A DNA stretch of 48,693 nt from Sandarakinorhabdus sp. (GCF_040398645.1 NZ_JBBATR010000008.1:19919-68611); one strand, 5' to 3'; numbered from the stretch's first letter, positions 40,091 through 48,693 are shown. Notes: a model not told the origin generated them from the letters alone. Made by a program: numbers and translations.

Positions 40091-41181
40091 CCAATTTGCT
40101 CGTCACCGGCGGCGCCGGCTTCATCGGTGCCAATTTCGTGCATTATTGGCGGCAGCATCATGGCGATGACGCCATTGTCGTCCTGGATTCGCTTACATAT
40201 GCTGGCAATCGAGCCAATCTGGCCGGCGCGGATCAGGTGAATTTCGTGCACGGCGATATCCGCGACACGGCGCTGGTGGAACGGCTGCTCAGTGAACACG
40301 CCATTGACACGATCGTGCATTTTGCCGCCGAAAGCCATGTCGATCGTTCGATCCATGCCCCGGCCGCCTTTGTGGACACCAATGTGATCGGCACGCTGTC
40401 GCTGCTCACGGCGGCGCGCAGCATCTGGCTGGCGGGCAGTGGCCGCCCGCACCGTTTTCACCATGTTTCGACCGACGAGGTGTACGGCACGCTGGGGCCG
40501 CACGATCCGGCCTTCAGCGAAACCACCGCTTATGCCCCCAACAGCCCCTATTCGGCCAGCAAGGCCGCCAGCGACCATCTCGTGCGCGCCTGGCATCACA
40601 CATATGGGCTGGATACCGTCACCAGCAATTGTTCCAACAATTATGGCCCGTATCAATTCCCCGAAAAATTGATCCCGTTGTTCCTGATCAATGCGCTGCA
40701 TGGCCGGGCGCTGCCGATTTACGGCGATGGCCAGCAGGTGCGCGACTGGCTGCATGTCGAGGATCATTGCCGGGGTATCGAAGCCTGCCTGCTCAAGGGC
40801 CGGGTCGGCGAAACCTACAACATCGGCGGCGGCGCCGAACTGCCCAATCTAACCGTGATCGACACGCTGTGCGCGGCGGTGGATGCGGCATTTGCGGCCG
40901 ATCCAGCCCTGGCCGCGCGCTTCCCGGATGCGCCGGCCGCCAAGGGTCTGCCAACCAACAGCCTGAAAACATTCGTGACCGATCGTCCCGGCCATGATCG
41001 CCGCTATGCCATCGATGAAACCAAGGCCCGCGCCGAGCTTGGCTATGCGCCGGCGCGCAGCTTTGCGCAGGGCTTTGCCGAAACGCTAGGCTGGTATCTT
41101 GCCAATGAAGGCTGGTGGCGGGCTGTGCTGGACGGCAGCTACCGCGATTGGGTTGCGGCCAATTATTCGGGGCGCGGCTGA
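40087..41181 (+). CDS. rmlB: dTDP-glucose 4,6-dehydratase
   Basis: TGGAGFIG, HFAAESHVDRSI, HVSTDEVYG, YSASK, SNNYGP, DRPGHDRRY. Confidence 0.98.
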   Translation: MTNLLVTGGAGFIGANFVHYWRQHHGDDAIVVLDSLTYAGNRANLAGADQVNFVHGDIRDTALVERLLSEHAIDTIVHFAAESHVDRSIHAPAAFVDTNVIGTLSLLTAARSIWLAGSGRPHRFHHVSTDEVYGTLGPHDPAFSETTAYAPNSPYSASKAASDHLVRAWHHTYGLDTVTSNCSNNYGPYQFPEKLIPLFLINALHGRALPIYGDGQQVRDWLHVEDHCRGIEACLLKGRVGETYNIGGGAELPNLTVIDTLCAAVDAAFAADPALAARFPDAPAAKGLPTNSLKTFVTDRPGHDRRYAIDETKARAELGYAPARSFAQGFAETLGWYLANEGWWRAVLDGSYRDWVAANYSGRG

Positions 41182-41225
41182 CCGGTTTTGATATTGCGGC
41201 GGGCTCGTAGCTGCTAACCAAAGCC

Positions 41226-42401
41226 GTGCCGCGCCCCCTGCCCCATTTGAGACTGTCGATCCTGCGCGAGTTTCTGACCAACCAGGCCAGTGGCGGTCAG
41301 ATCCTGATGTTTTCTGCTGCCGCAGCGATGTTTGCAGCCAATTCCGTTTTATCAGACCAATATTTTGGCCTCCTCCATGTCGAACTTGGCCCGATGAGCC
41401 TGCTGCACTGGATCAACGATGCGCTTATGGCGTTGTTTTTCCTGCTTGTTGGCTGTGAGATCAAACGCGAATTTGTCGATGGCGAAATGGCCAGCTGGCC
41501 GCGGCGCATATTGCCTGGCGCGGCGGCGCTGGCCGGCATGGCTGTGCCGGCGCTGGTGTTTCTGGCCGTAAACCGCGGTGTGCCGGGCAATATGAACGGC
41601 TGGGCGGTCCCCACTGCCACCGATATTGCCTTTGCGCTGGGCGTGCTGGCGCTGCTGGGCAACCGGGTGCCGGGCAGCCTGAAATTGCTGCTGACGGCCA
41701 TTGCCGTGATTGATGATCTGGGGGCGGTTGTCGTGATTGCGCTGGTGTATACCGAGGGCGTCGATGTGAATGCACTGGCTGTTGCAGTGGCATTGTGTGG
41801 GGTTCTGCTGGCGCTCAGTGTCCGCAATGTGCAAGCGGTGTGGGCTTATGTGGTGGTTGGTGCCGCGCTGTGGGCCGCGCTGCATGCCAGCGGCATCCAC
41901 GCCACACTGGCCGGCGTGATCACGGCACTGGCCCTCCCGCTGCAGCGGACACCGGGCCAGCCCGAGCACCGCGAAAGCCCGCTGCTGCGCGTCGAACATG
42001 CGCTGGCCTCCTGGGTCAGTTTTGCGATTGTGCCGCTGTTCGGCTTTGCCAACGCCGGTGTCGATCTGCGCGGGCTGACAGCAGCGCAGGCCCTTGATCC
42101 GCTCGTGCTTGGCATTGCGGCCGGCCTGGTGCTGGGCAAGATGATCGGGATTTTCGGCGCTGTCATGGCGCTGGTGCGGCTGAAGATCGTCGATATGCCA
42201 GCGGGCGCCAGCATGCGGCAGCTGTGGGGCATGGCGCTGCTCTGCGGCATCGGCTTTACCATGAGCCTGTTCATCTCGGCCCTGGCCTTCGGCGAAGGCA
42301 GCGCTCAGGAAAATGCCGCCAAGCTGGGCATCATCGCCGGCAGCCTGATTGCAGCGCTGCTGGGCGCTGCCGTTCTGTCAGGCAGCCGACGACAAACATG
42401 A
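41226..42401 (+). CDS. nhaA: Na+/H+ antiporter NhaA
   Basis: WINDALM..FF, GWAVPTATDIAF, AVIDDLGA, SGIHATLAG, CGIGFTMSLFI. Confidence 0.96.
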   Translation: MPRPLPHLRLSILREFLTNQASGGQILMFSAAAAMFAANSVLSDQYFGLLHVELGPMSLLHWINDALMALFFLLVGCEIKREFVDGEMASWPRRILPGAAALAGMAVPALVFLAVNRGVPGNMNGWAVPTATDIAFALGVLALLGNRVPGSLKLLLTAIAVIDDLGAVVVIALVYTEGVDVNALAVAVALCGVLLALSVRNVQAVWAYVVVGAALWAALHASGIHATLAGVITALALPLQRTPGQPEHRESPLLRVEHALASWVSFAIVPLFGFANAGVDLRGLTAAQALDPLVLGIAAGLVLGKMIGIFGAVMALVRLKIVDMPAGASMRQLWGMALLCGIGFTMSLFISALAFGEGSAQENAAKLGIIAGSLIAALLGAAVLSGSRRQT

Positions 42402-43024
42402 ACTGGCTGAAGCGCTTCCCGCATTATACGGCCTTCGCCGGCCTGATGGCGATACTGCTGGCCCTATTGCCGCAAATCATGCCCCGTGACACGGCGTTGC
42501 TGCTGGCCTTTGACGCCTCGGTCATCGCCTTTCTCGTGGCCCTTGCAGTGCGGATGCGACCAGCAACTCCCGCAATGTTGCGTGCCCGCGCTGCCGAACC
42601 TGGGCATGCCGTTTTGCGCGTCATGGCGCTTCTGGTGCTGGCCGTCGTGCTCGTCGGGTTGGCGGCGGAGCTGCGAAGCGGTGATCGCGATCCAGACATC
42701 CTGCTGCTGGCCGCCGGATCACTCACAATGGCATGGCTCTTCGCCAACAGCCTGTTTTCTCTGCATTACATGCACTTGTTCTACGAACCTGTCGGCAAGA
42801 GCATCAGCGGCGGGCTTGAATTTCCTGGCGACGATGTCGATCCGGATTTCAGTGACTTTCTTTATTTCGCCTTCACCATCGGCATGACCTTCCAGGTGTC
42901 AGACGTGGTGATCACCACCCGTGCCATTCGCCGGGTCGTATTGGTCCACGGTATGCTGGCCTTCGCCTTCAACATCGCGGTGATCGCCCTCACGGTCAGC
43001 CTGGTTGCCAGCGCATTGGCCTGA
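42398..43024 (+). CDS. DUF1345-family membrane protein
   Basis: F.LHY.H.FY, GGLEFPG, PDFSDFLYFAFTIGMTFQVSDV, RR.V..H...AF.FN. ATGA overlap with nhaA. Confidence 0.85.
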   Translation: MNWLKRFPHYTAFAGLMAILLALLPQIMPRDTALLLAFDASVIAFLVALAVRMRPATPAMLRARAAEPGHAVLRVMALLVLAVVLVGLAAELRSGDRDPDILLLAAGSLTMAWLFANSLFSLHYMHLFYEPVGKSISGGLEFPGDDVDPDFSDFLYFAFTIGMTFQVSDVVITTRAIRRVVLVHGMLAFAFNIAVIALTVSLVASALA

Positions 43025-43030
43025 GCGTCA

Positions 43031-43528
43031 TCAGCCGAGATTGGCGCGCAGCATCCACGCGGTTTTTTCGTGCACCTGCATGCGCTGCGTCAGCAGATCG
43101 GCGGTCGGCTCATCACTGGCGGCATCGGCGGCGGCAAAAATGCTGCGCGCGGTGCGCACCACGGCCAGTTGATCATCCGCCAGGATCCGCACCATGTCGG
43201 CGGCGGCCGGCACGCCATCGGCTTCGGCGATGGACGACAGCGCGGCATAGGCCGAATAGCTGCCCGGCGCGGGCTCACCCAAGGCGCGAATCCGCTCGGC
43301 GATCAGATCGACGGCCAGCGACAATTCCGTATATTGGCCTTCAAACATCAGATGCAGTGAATTGAACTGCGGGCCAGTGACATTCCAGTGAAAATTGTGG
43401 GTTTTGAGATACAGGGTATAGGTATCCGCCAGCAGGCGTGACAAACCGGCAGCGATGGCCCGGCGCTGATCATCGGGCATGCCCAGATCGATTTGCGCAG
43501 CCTGCTCTTTTTTCTTGGTCATCTTCAT
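43031..43528 (-). CDS. dps: DNA-binding ferritin-like protein Dps
   Basis: LYLKTHNFHWNVTGP.F..LH..FE.QY, D..AERIRALG, HEKTAWML. Confidence 0.96.
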   Translation of the reverse strand: MKMTKKKEQAAQIDLGMPDDQRRAIAAGLSRLLADTYTLYLKTHNFHWNVTGPQFNSLHLMFEGQYTELSLAVDLIAERIRALGEPAPGSYSAYAALSSIAEADGVPAAADMVRILADDQLAVVRTARSIFAAADAASDEPTADLLTQRMQVHEKTAWMLRANLG

Positions 43529-43560
43529 TCTCCGTTCGTTGAGCGCTTATGGCCAAACCG

Positions 43561-43601
43561 CCAAAGGGCGTCCACCGGGTTTTTCCGATGAACGCCATTG
43601 G
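43561..43601 (-). terminator. Imperfect hairpin downstream of the glycine-zipper gene
   Basis: CCAAAGGGCGTCCACCGG-gtttt-TCCGATGAACGCCATTGG imperfect inverted repeat. Confidence 0.3.
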
Positions 43602-43618
43602 TTTTGCTCATTGACCAG

Positions 43619-44287
43619 TTACTGGCAGACAACCCGATTGCGATCTGACCTTTCGCCAATCACCGCGCCCAGGCTGCCGCCGATGATGCTGCCCAGCAGC
43701 TTGGAGCCGCCCGGTGCGATCACATTGCCCAGCGCGCCGCCGGCAAGGCCGCCGATGATCAGGCCCGTGCTGCCGTCGCTGCGCCGGCAATAATAGCGGT
43801 TGTCATAACCGCGCCATACCGGATCGTTGCGGCCAAGCACGACGGGGCGGTAATTGCCCTGGCCATTGCCCTGCCGATAAAATTGCTCGGCATGCCAATC
43901 CTGCCCACGCCAGCCATCGCGCTGCCAGCCAGGGCCGCTGCGATTGCCATCATTCCAACGGTTGTCATTCCAACGGTTGTCATTCCGGCCATCGCCATAG
44001 GACTGCGCATAACCGCGGCCACCGCCCCACTGGCTGCGCGCCAGATCCTGGCGTTCGCGCTGCAAATCGCGTTCGGCGCGGCGCAGTTCGCGGCTTTCCT
44101 CGCGGATGTCACGCGGATTGCCGAACTGCTGGGCGCGGTACAGATCCTGCCGCTCGTCAAACACGCGCTGCGCTGCGCGGGACACGTCGCGGCGGTCTTC
44201 CCGGCGCTCGCGGCGGTCATCGTCGCCGGCAAATGCCGGGGCGGCCACCAGCAGCGTGGCCATCATCATCATGCCCGTGCGTTTCAT
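43619..44287 (-). CDS. Secreted/envelope protein with a low-complexity R/D/N/W-rich region and a C-terminal glycine-zipper 2TM domain
   Basis: Signal peptide (...APAFA), YYCRRSDGSTGLIIGGLAGGALGNVIA...LLGSIIGGSLGAVIG, terminal Cys. RBS GAGGAG before ATG 44287. Confidence 0.75.
   Translation of the reverse strand: MKRTGMMMMATLLVAAPAFAGDDDRRERREDRRDVSRAAQRVFDERQDLYRAQQFGNPRDIREESRELRRAERDLQRERQDLARSQWGGGRGYAQSYGDGRNDNRWNDNRWNDGNRSGPGWQRDGWRGQDWHAEQFYRQGNGQGNYRPVVLGRNDPVWRGYDNRYYCRRSDGSTGLIIGGLAGGALGNVIAPGGSKLLGSIIGGSLGAVIGERSDRNRVVCQ
43951..43986. repeat. In-frame 15-bp tandem repeat (CATTCCAACGGTTGT x2.4) encoding NDNRW repeats
   Basis: Exact copies at 43951-43965 and 43966-43980, plus a partial copy at 43981-43986. 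Confidence 0.85.
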
Positions 44288-44380
44288 CGTCTGTCTCCTC
44301 TTTTGGTAACAAGAGGTCATATCGCACAGCCTGTGTGTGGGTTTTCTGAACGATGTTGTTATCGGCTGTTCATAAAGTCG

Positions 44381-45409
44381 CTAGAGCGCCCACAGCGGCG
44401 TTTTTGACAGCTCGCCCGGCACTTCGCGCACAAAGCGCGGCACCAGATAACCCGGCAGCATCCTGCGCAAATCCGCTTCGATATCCCGCGCCATTTCAGT
44501 GCCCACGTCAAAATGCGCGGTGCCGGCCACCGGATCGGTAAGGTGCATATAATAAGGTAGCACGCCGCAGGCCAGCAGCCGCCGGCAATGCCCTGCAATC
44601 ACCTCGGCAGCATCGTTCACACCGGCCAGCAACACCGATTGATTGAGCAAGGTGGCGCCGGCAGCGCGCAGCCGCAGCAGCGCACCGCGAACGTCATCCG
44701 AAAGCTCGTTGGCGTGGTTGCTGTGCAGCACGATAACCGTCTGCAGCCGTGACGCGGCGATCATCTCCACCAGTGCATCCGTTACCCGCGCCGGGATCAC
44801 CACCAATGTGCGGCTGTGCAGGCGCAGCGTGTTGACGTGCGCGATGCCGGCGATGCCTGCCGCCAGCGCCGCCAGCCGCGCATCGGACAGGCTGAGCGGA
44901 TCACCGCCCGACAATATCACTTCATCAATCGCCGGATCAGCGGCAATCGCCGCCAGCGCCGCCGCCTGGCCCGATGCCGGCAGCGCCGCTGCGCCGTAAT
45001 CATAATGGCGGCGAAAACAATAGCGGCAATGCACGGCGCAGGCGCCGCTGGCGATCAGCAGCGCGCGGCTGCGATATTTGCGCAGCAGGCCCGGCGCGGC
45101 GCGATAATCGGCCTCCTCCAGCGGATCGGTCAACCGCCCCGGCTGCGGCCACGCCTCCTCCCCGCGCGCCAGCACCTGCGCCAACAGCGGATCGGCTGGA
45201 TCGCGGGCACGGATTTGCGCCAGGAAATGCGGCGGCACCAGCACGGGAAAATCGGGATCGGCAATCACGCCGGCCGCAAAATCGCCCGGCGTCAGCTGCA
45301 AATGCGCCAGCAGATCGGCGGTGCTGATCCGCGCCGCCCGCGCCTGCGCCTGCCAATCGCCGATTGCGGGCACGCTCCGCTCAGCGGTATCAATTTGTAA
45401 AAACGTCAT
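44381..45409 (-). CDS. epmB: Lysine 2,3-aminomutase, EF-P beta-lysylation type (radical SAM/PLP)
   Basis: DPLLAQVL, DPLEE, GLLRKYRSRALL, CAVHCRYC, LSGGDPL, LLNQSVLL.GVND, GYLVP..VRE.PG..SK (PLP Lys). Confidence 0.88.
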   Translation of the reverse strand: MTFLQIDTAERSVPAIGDWQAQARAARISTADLLAHLQLTPGDFAAGVIADPDFPVLVPPHFLAQIRARDPADPLLAQVLARGEEAWPQPGRLTDPLEEADYRAAPGLLRKYRSRALLIASGACAVHCRYCFRRHYDYGAAALPASGQAAALAAIAADPAIDEVILSGGDPLSLSDARLAALAAGIAGIAHVNTLRLHSRTLVVIPARVTDALVEMIAASRLQTVIVLHSNHANELSDDVRGALLRLRAAGATLLNQSVLLAGVNDAAEVIAGHCRRLLACGVLPYYMHLTDPVAGTAHFDVGTEMARDIEADLRRMLPGYLVPRFVREVPGELSKTPLWAL

Positions 45410-45442
45410 GGAAGTCTGGTCCCGCCAAATATGGTCGTCAGC

Positions 45443-46438
45443 CTATGGCTGCATCGCGCCGCAATTGTGCCGCCATAGCTGCACGGCGAAGCAGCCTGCG
45501 CCATCGGTCCATGTGTGCGCCGGCGTCCAGCCGCTGGCCTGGGCCATCAGCCGGGTATCAGCCAGTGTCCATTTGTAGCTGTTTTCGGTGTGGATCGTCT
45601 CACCGGCTGCCATGGTGAATGCCTGCCCGGCCGCGGTAAAATCCGTGTCGCAGCGGGCGACCAGATGCATCTCGATACGGCCGAGATCGGCGTTCCAGAC
45701 GGCGCTGTGCGCAAAATGCGCCACCCGCACCGTGCCGCCCAGTTCGCGATTGATGCGGTGCAGCAGGTTGCAATTGAAGGCAGCCGTAACGCCGGCGGCA
45801 TCGTCATAGGCCGCCTCCAGCACGGCCACGGATTTGCCCGGCCCCGGCGCCAGATCGGTGCCGATCACCAGCCAGCTGTCTGGCCCCAGCAGCTGCGCAA
45901 AGCCGCGCAGCAGATCGATGGCCGCGCCGGGCGCCAGATTCCCCAGCGTCGATCCGGGGAAAAAGCCCAGCCTTGGCAGCGCGGCCACCGCCGCCGGCAG
46001 CGCAAAGGCCTGGGTGAAATCGGCCAGCACCGGCAGGATCGCCAGATCGGGAAACTGCAAGCCCAGCGCAGCCGCCGATTGGTTCAGATAGGCGCCGGAT
46101 ATATCGACAGGCACATAGGCCGCCGCGTGCAGCGGCCGCAGCAGCAGCGGGGTTTTCGCCGATGATCCCGATCCGAATTCCACAAGTGCGCGCCCCGGCC
46201 CAATCGCGGCCGCAATCGCAGCGCCATGATCAGCCAAAATCGCAGTTTCGGTGCGGGTGGGATAATATTCGGGCAGCTGCGTTATCGCTTCGAACAGCTG
46301 CGAGCCGGCTTCGTCGTAGAAATAGCGGGCCGGGATGATTTTTTGCGGCTGCGCCAATCCCGTGCGCACGGCCAATTCGAACGCATTGGCGGCACAATCG
46401 GCTGCAACTGGCCCGGCAGGTTCAAACATCTCAAGCAT
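45443..46438 (-). CDS. egtD: L-histidine N-alpha-trimethyltransferase (hercynine synthase)
   Basis: K.IPARYFYD..GS.LFEAIT.LPEYYPTRTE, EFGSGS..KT, FFPGSTLGN, AYDD..GVTAAFN, IHTENSYK. Confidence 0.95.
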   Translation of the reverse strand: MLEMFEPAGPVAADCAANAFELAVRTGLAQPQKIIPARYFYDEAGSQLFEAITQLPEYYPTRTETAILADHGAAIAAAIGPGRALVEFGSGSSAKTPLLLRPLHAAAYVPVDISGAYLNQSAAALGLQFPDLAILPVLADFTQAFALPAAVAALPRLGFFPGSTLGNLAPGAAIDLLRGFAQLLGPDSWLVIGTDLAPGPGKSVAVLEAAYDDAAGVTAAFNCNLLHRINRELGGTVRVAHFAHSAVWNADLGRIEMHLVARCDTDFTAAGQAFTMAAGETIHTENSYKWTLADTRLMAQASGWTPAHTWTDGAGCFAVQLWRHNCGAMQP

Positions 46439-47687
46439 CCCTTGCAAGGCGCAGGCCGGTGAATTGCCAGCGCTGCTGCGGCGCGAAGAAATTGCGCACG
46501 CTGGCCCGTGAACTGCCGCGCGGCGTGGCGCAGCTGGCGCCTTTCAGCACCATCTGGCCGCTCATGAACTTGCCATTATACTCACCCACCGCGCCCGGCG
46601 CCGGCCGAAATCCGGGATGCGGCAGGAATGCCGATGCCGTCCATTGCCAGCAATCGCCGAACAGGCCCTGACTGGTGCTGCCGGGCCGCACGGCTGCCGC
46701 GCTGTCCAACTGGTTGCCGGCCGCTGCGTCATCGCATCCTGCTGCCACCTCCCATTCGGCCTCGGTCGGCAGGCGTGCGCCGGCCCAGGTGGCAAACGCA
46801 TCGGCTTCATACCAGTTGATGTGCGTCACCGGCGCGTGCGGTGCCAGCGGCTGCCGCCCGGCCAGCGTCATGCTGGTCCAGCCATCGTCGCTAGCCTGCC
46901 AGCGCAGCGGCGCGGCAATTCCGCTGCGCTGCACCCAGGCCCAGCCGTCCGACAGCCAGAGCCGCGGATCGGCATAGCCGCCATCGGCGATGAAGGCCTG
47001 CCATTCGGCATTGCTCACCAAAGTGCTGGCCAATTGCCAGGGGCGCAGCAGCACATCGTGCGCCGGCCCTTCGCAATCAAACGCAAAACCGTTGCCGGCG
47101 TGGCCGACGCGCACAATGCCGCCGGCATGATGCTGCCAGCCGCTTGCGCGCGGCATCAGGTTGATCGGCGGGGCGGGCAGATAGGCCGGTTCCAGCGGGT
47201 TGGCCGCAAACAGATCCAGAATATCGGTCAGCAGCAATTCCTGATGCTGCTGCTCGTGATTGATGCCCAATTCCACCAGCGCCAGCGCCGCCGGGTTCAG
47301 CCCCGGCAACGCGGCCGCCAGCGCAGCATCGACATGGCCGCGCCACGCCAGCACATCCGCCAGCGCCGGCCGGGTGAGCATGCCGCGCCGATCACGCGGA
47401 TGGCGCGGGCCAACCGCTTCGTAATAGCTGTTGAACAGATAGGCGTAGCGCGGATCATACGCCCGATAACCCGGCACATCGGCGAGCACGAATGTTTCAA
47501 AAAACCAGCTGGTGTGCGCCAGGTGCCATTTTGCCGGCGAGGCATCGGGCATGGATTGCACGCTGGCATCGGCATCCGACAGCGGCGCCGCCAATGCCGC
47601 CGTCAGGCTGCGCGTGCGCGCGAAGGCTGCCAGCAATGCTGCTGGGTCAAGGCGGTCAAGGGCGTAAATGCCGGTGTTGGTGGCCAT
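46431..47687 (-). CDS. egtB: Ergothioneine biosynthesis sulfoxide synthase
   Basis: QSMPDASPAKWHLAHT, iron-binding HEQQHQE, FGE-sulfatase domain RLPTEAEWE, catalytic Tyr in GEYNGKFM, RNFF...RWQF. Confidence 0.95.
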   Translation of the reverse strand: MATNTGIYALDRLDPAALLAAFARTRSLTAALAAPLSDADASVQSMPDASPAKWHLAHTSWFFETFVLADVPGYRAYDPRYAYLFNSYYEAVGPRHPRDRRGMLTRPALADVLAWRGHVDAALAAALPGLNPAALALVELGINHEQQHQELLLTDILDLFAANPLEPAYLPAPPINLMPRASGWQHHAGGIVRVGHAGNGFAFDCEGPAHDVLLRPWQLASTLVSNAEWQAFIADGGYADPRLWLSDGWAWVQRSGIAAPLRWQASDDGWTSMTLAGRQPLAPHAPVTHINWYEADAFATWAGARLPTEAEWEVAAGCDDAAAGNQLDSAAAVRPGSTSQGLFGDCWQWTASAFLPHPGFRPAPGAVGEYNGKFMSGQMVLKGASCATPRGSSRASVRNFFAPQQRWQFTGLRLARDA

Positions 47688-47772
47688 GCGGCGGGGCCTT
47701 CCCGGTCAATCAGTGGTTTGTGGCGGTATTAAGCGGACGGTGCCTGACCGGCTGAGCCTTGCCCGCGCACCC

Positions 47773-48450
47773 TCAAATGTAGCGGCGTGATATCGCGGTC
47801 AGATCGTCGGCCAGATCATAGACCATCGGTTGGCCGGTGGGGATTTCCTCGTGGACGATGTCGTCATCCGACACGCCGGACAGATGCTTGACCAGCGCGC
47901 GCAGGCTGTTGCCGTGGGCAGCGATGATCACGCGCTTGCCGGCCTTCAGCTGCGGGGCAATCTCGGCCTTGAAATAGGGCAGCACGCGGGCGATGGTGTC
48001 TTTCAGGCTTTCGGCGACCGGGATGGCGATGCCGGCATAGCGGCGATCGGTGGAGAGATCGAACGGGCTGCCGGTTTCCAGCGGCGGCGGCGGCACATCG
48101 AAACTGCGCCGCCACTCCAGCACTTGCGCTTCGCCGTGTTTGGCGGCGGTTTCGGCCTTGTCCAGCCCGGTCAGGCCGCCATAATGGCGTTCGTTCAGGT
48201 GCCAATCCTTGATGACCGGCACCCACATCTGGCCCATGGCATGCAAGGCGATGCCCAAGGTTCGGATGGCACGCGTTTGCAGGCTGGTGAACGACATATC
48301 AAAATCGATGCCGGCAGCTGCCATTGCGACACCTGCGGCACGCGCTTCGGCGACACCCTTGTCGGTCAGATCGACATCCCACCAGCCGGTGAAGCGGTTT
48401 TCAAGGTTCCACTGGCTCTGGCCGTGGCGAAGCAGGACAAGCGTAGGCAT
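47773..48450 (-). CDS. gpmA: 2,3-bisphosphoglycerate-dependent phosphoglycerate mutase
   Basis: [36 protein letters not shown]. Confidence 0.97.
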   Translation of the reverse strand: MPTLVLLRHGQSQWNLENRFTGWWDVDLTDKGVAEARAAGVAMAAAGIDFDMSFTSLQTRAIRTLGIALHAMGQMWVPVIKDWHLNERHYGGLTGLDKAETAAKHGEAQVLEWRRSFDVPPPPLETGSPFDLSTDRRYAGIAIPVAESLKDTIARVLPYFKAEIAPQLKAGKRVIIAAHGNSLRALVKHLSGVSDDDIVHEEIPTGQPMVYDLADDLTAISRRYI

Positions 48451-48509
48451 GGCCGCCTCTTAGCGCAGTCCGCCGGCCATGCCAGCAGGATTTCACCCCG
48501 AAGCCCGGT

Positions 48510-48693
48510 TCAAAGCGCCGCGTCGTCCAGTTCCCCGGTGCGAATGCGAACGGCGTGGCCGATGCTGGACACGAAGATCTTGCCGCTGTCTGCGTTGGCG
48601 CTGCTGCTGGCCAGAAGGATGGAATCGACCAGCCGCGCCGTGTCTGCATCCTCAACGACAACATCGATCTGCAAATTGGCTGACAGCTTCAAA
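48510..48693 (-). CDS. C-terminal part of a divergent PII-family protein/domain (5' end outside the window)
   Basis: Ends with GKIFVSSIGHAVRIRTGELDDAAL, the PII C-loop. Upstream PII motifs are substituted. Confidence 0.75.
   Translation of the reverse strand, partial: LKLSANLQIDVVVEDADTARLVDSILLASSSANADSGKIFVSSIGHAVRIRTGELDDAAL

Noticed and set aside
43951-43986. Tandem repeat as a possible CRISPR or phase-variation tract
   Set aside because: Only 2.4 copies, no spacers, in-frame, and within a low-complexity coding region.

Overview
High-GC alphaproteobacterial chromosome segment, most likely from a sphingomonad (Sphingomonadales). This is inferred from the sphingan-type EPS genes, the exosortase V locus and the TonB-dependent receptor. 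No rRNA, tRNA, CRISPR, transposase or phage genes were recognised. From left to right: (1) hisZ-prmA, then a small unannotated ORF with a strong RBS and upstream palindromes, then ligA; (2) a TonB-dependent receptor/TetR pair plus DoxX and a Tat-exported serine hydrolase, lying between ligA and recN; (3) the conserved rpmF-plsX-fabH-ihfA-merR operon, extended by an orphan ParA; (4) the main highlight, a translationally coupled two-gene operon encoding trifunctional propionyl-CoA synthase (Pcs, about 1836 aa) and bifunctional malonyl-CoA reductase (Mcr, about 1216 aa), two key enzymes of the 3-hydroxypropionate bi-cycle, with none of the other bi-cycle genes in the window; (5) a roughly 16.6 kb rearranged and incomplete sphingan (sps/gel)-like exopolysaccharide locus with an exosortase V/EpsI protein-sorting module, an AAA+ ATPase and rmlACDB; (6) nhaA, DUF1345, dps, a glycine-zipper protein, an orphan E. 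coli-type epmB directly behind egtB-egtD (ergothioneine), gpmA, and the 3' end of a strongly divergent PII-like gene. All calls come from reading motifs by eye. No database searches were run.
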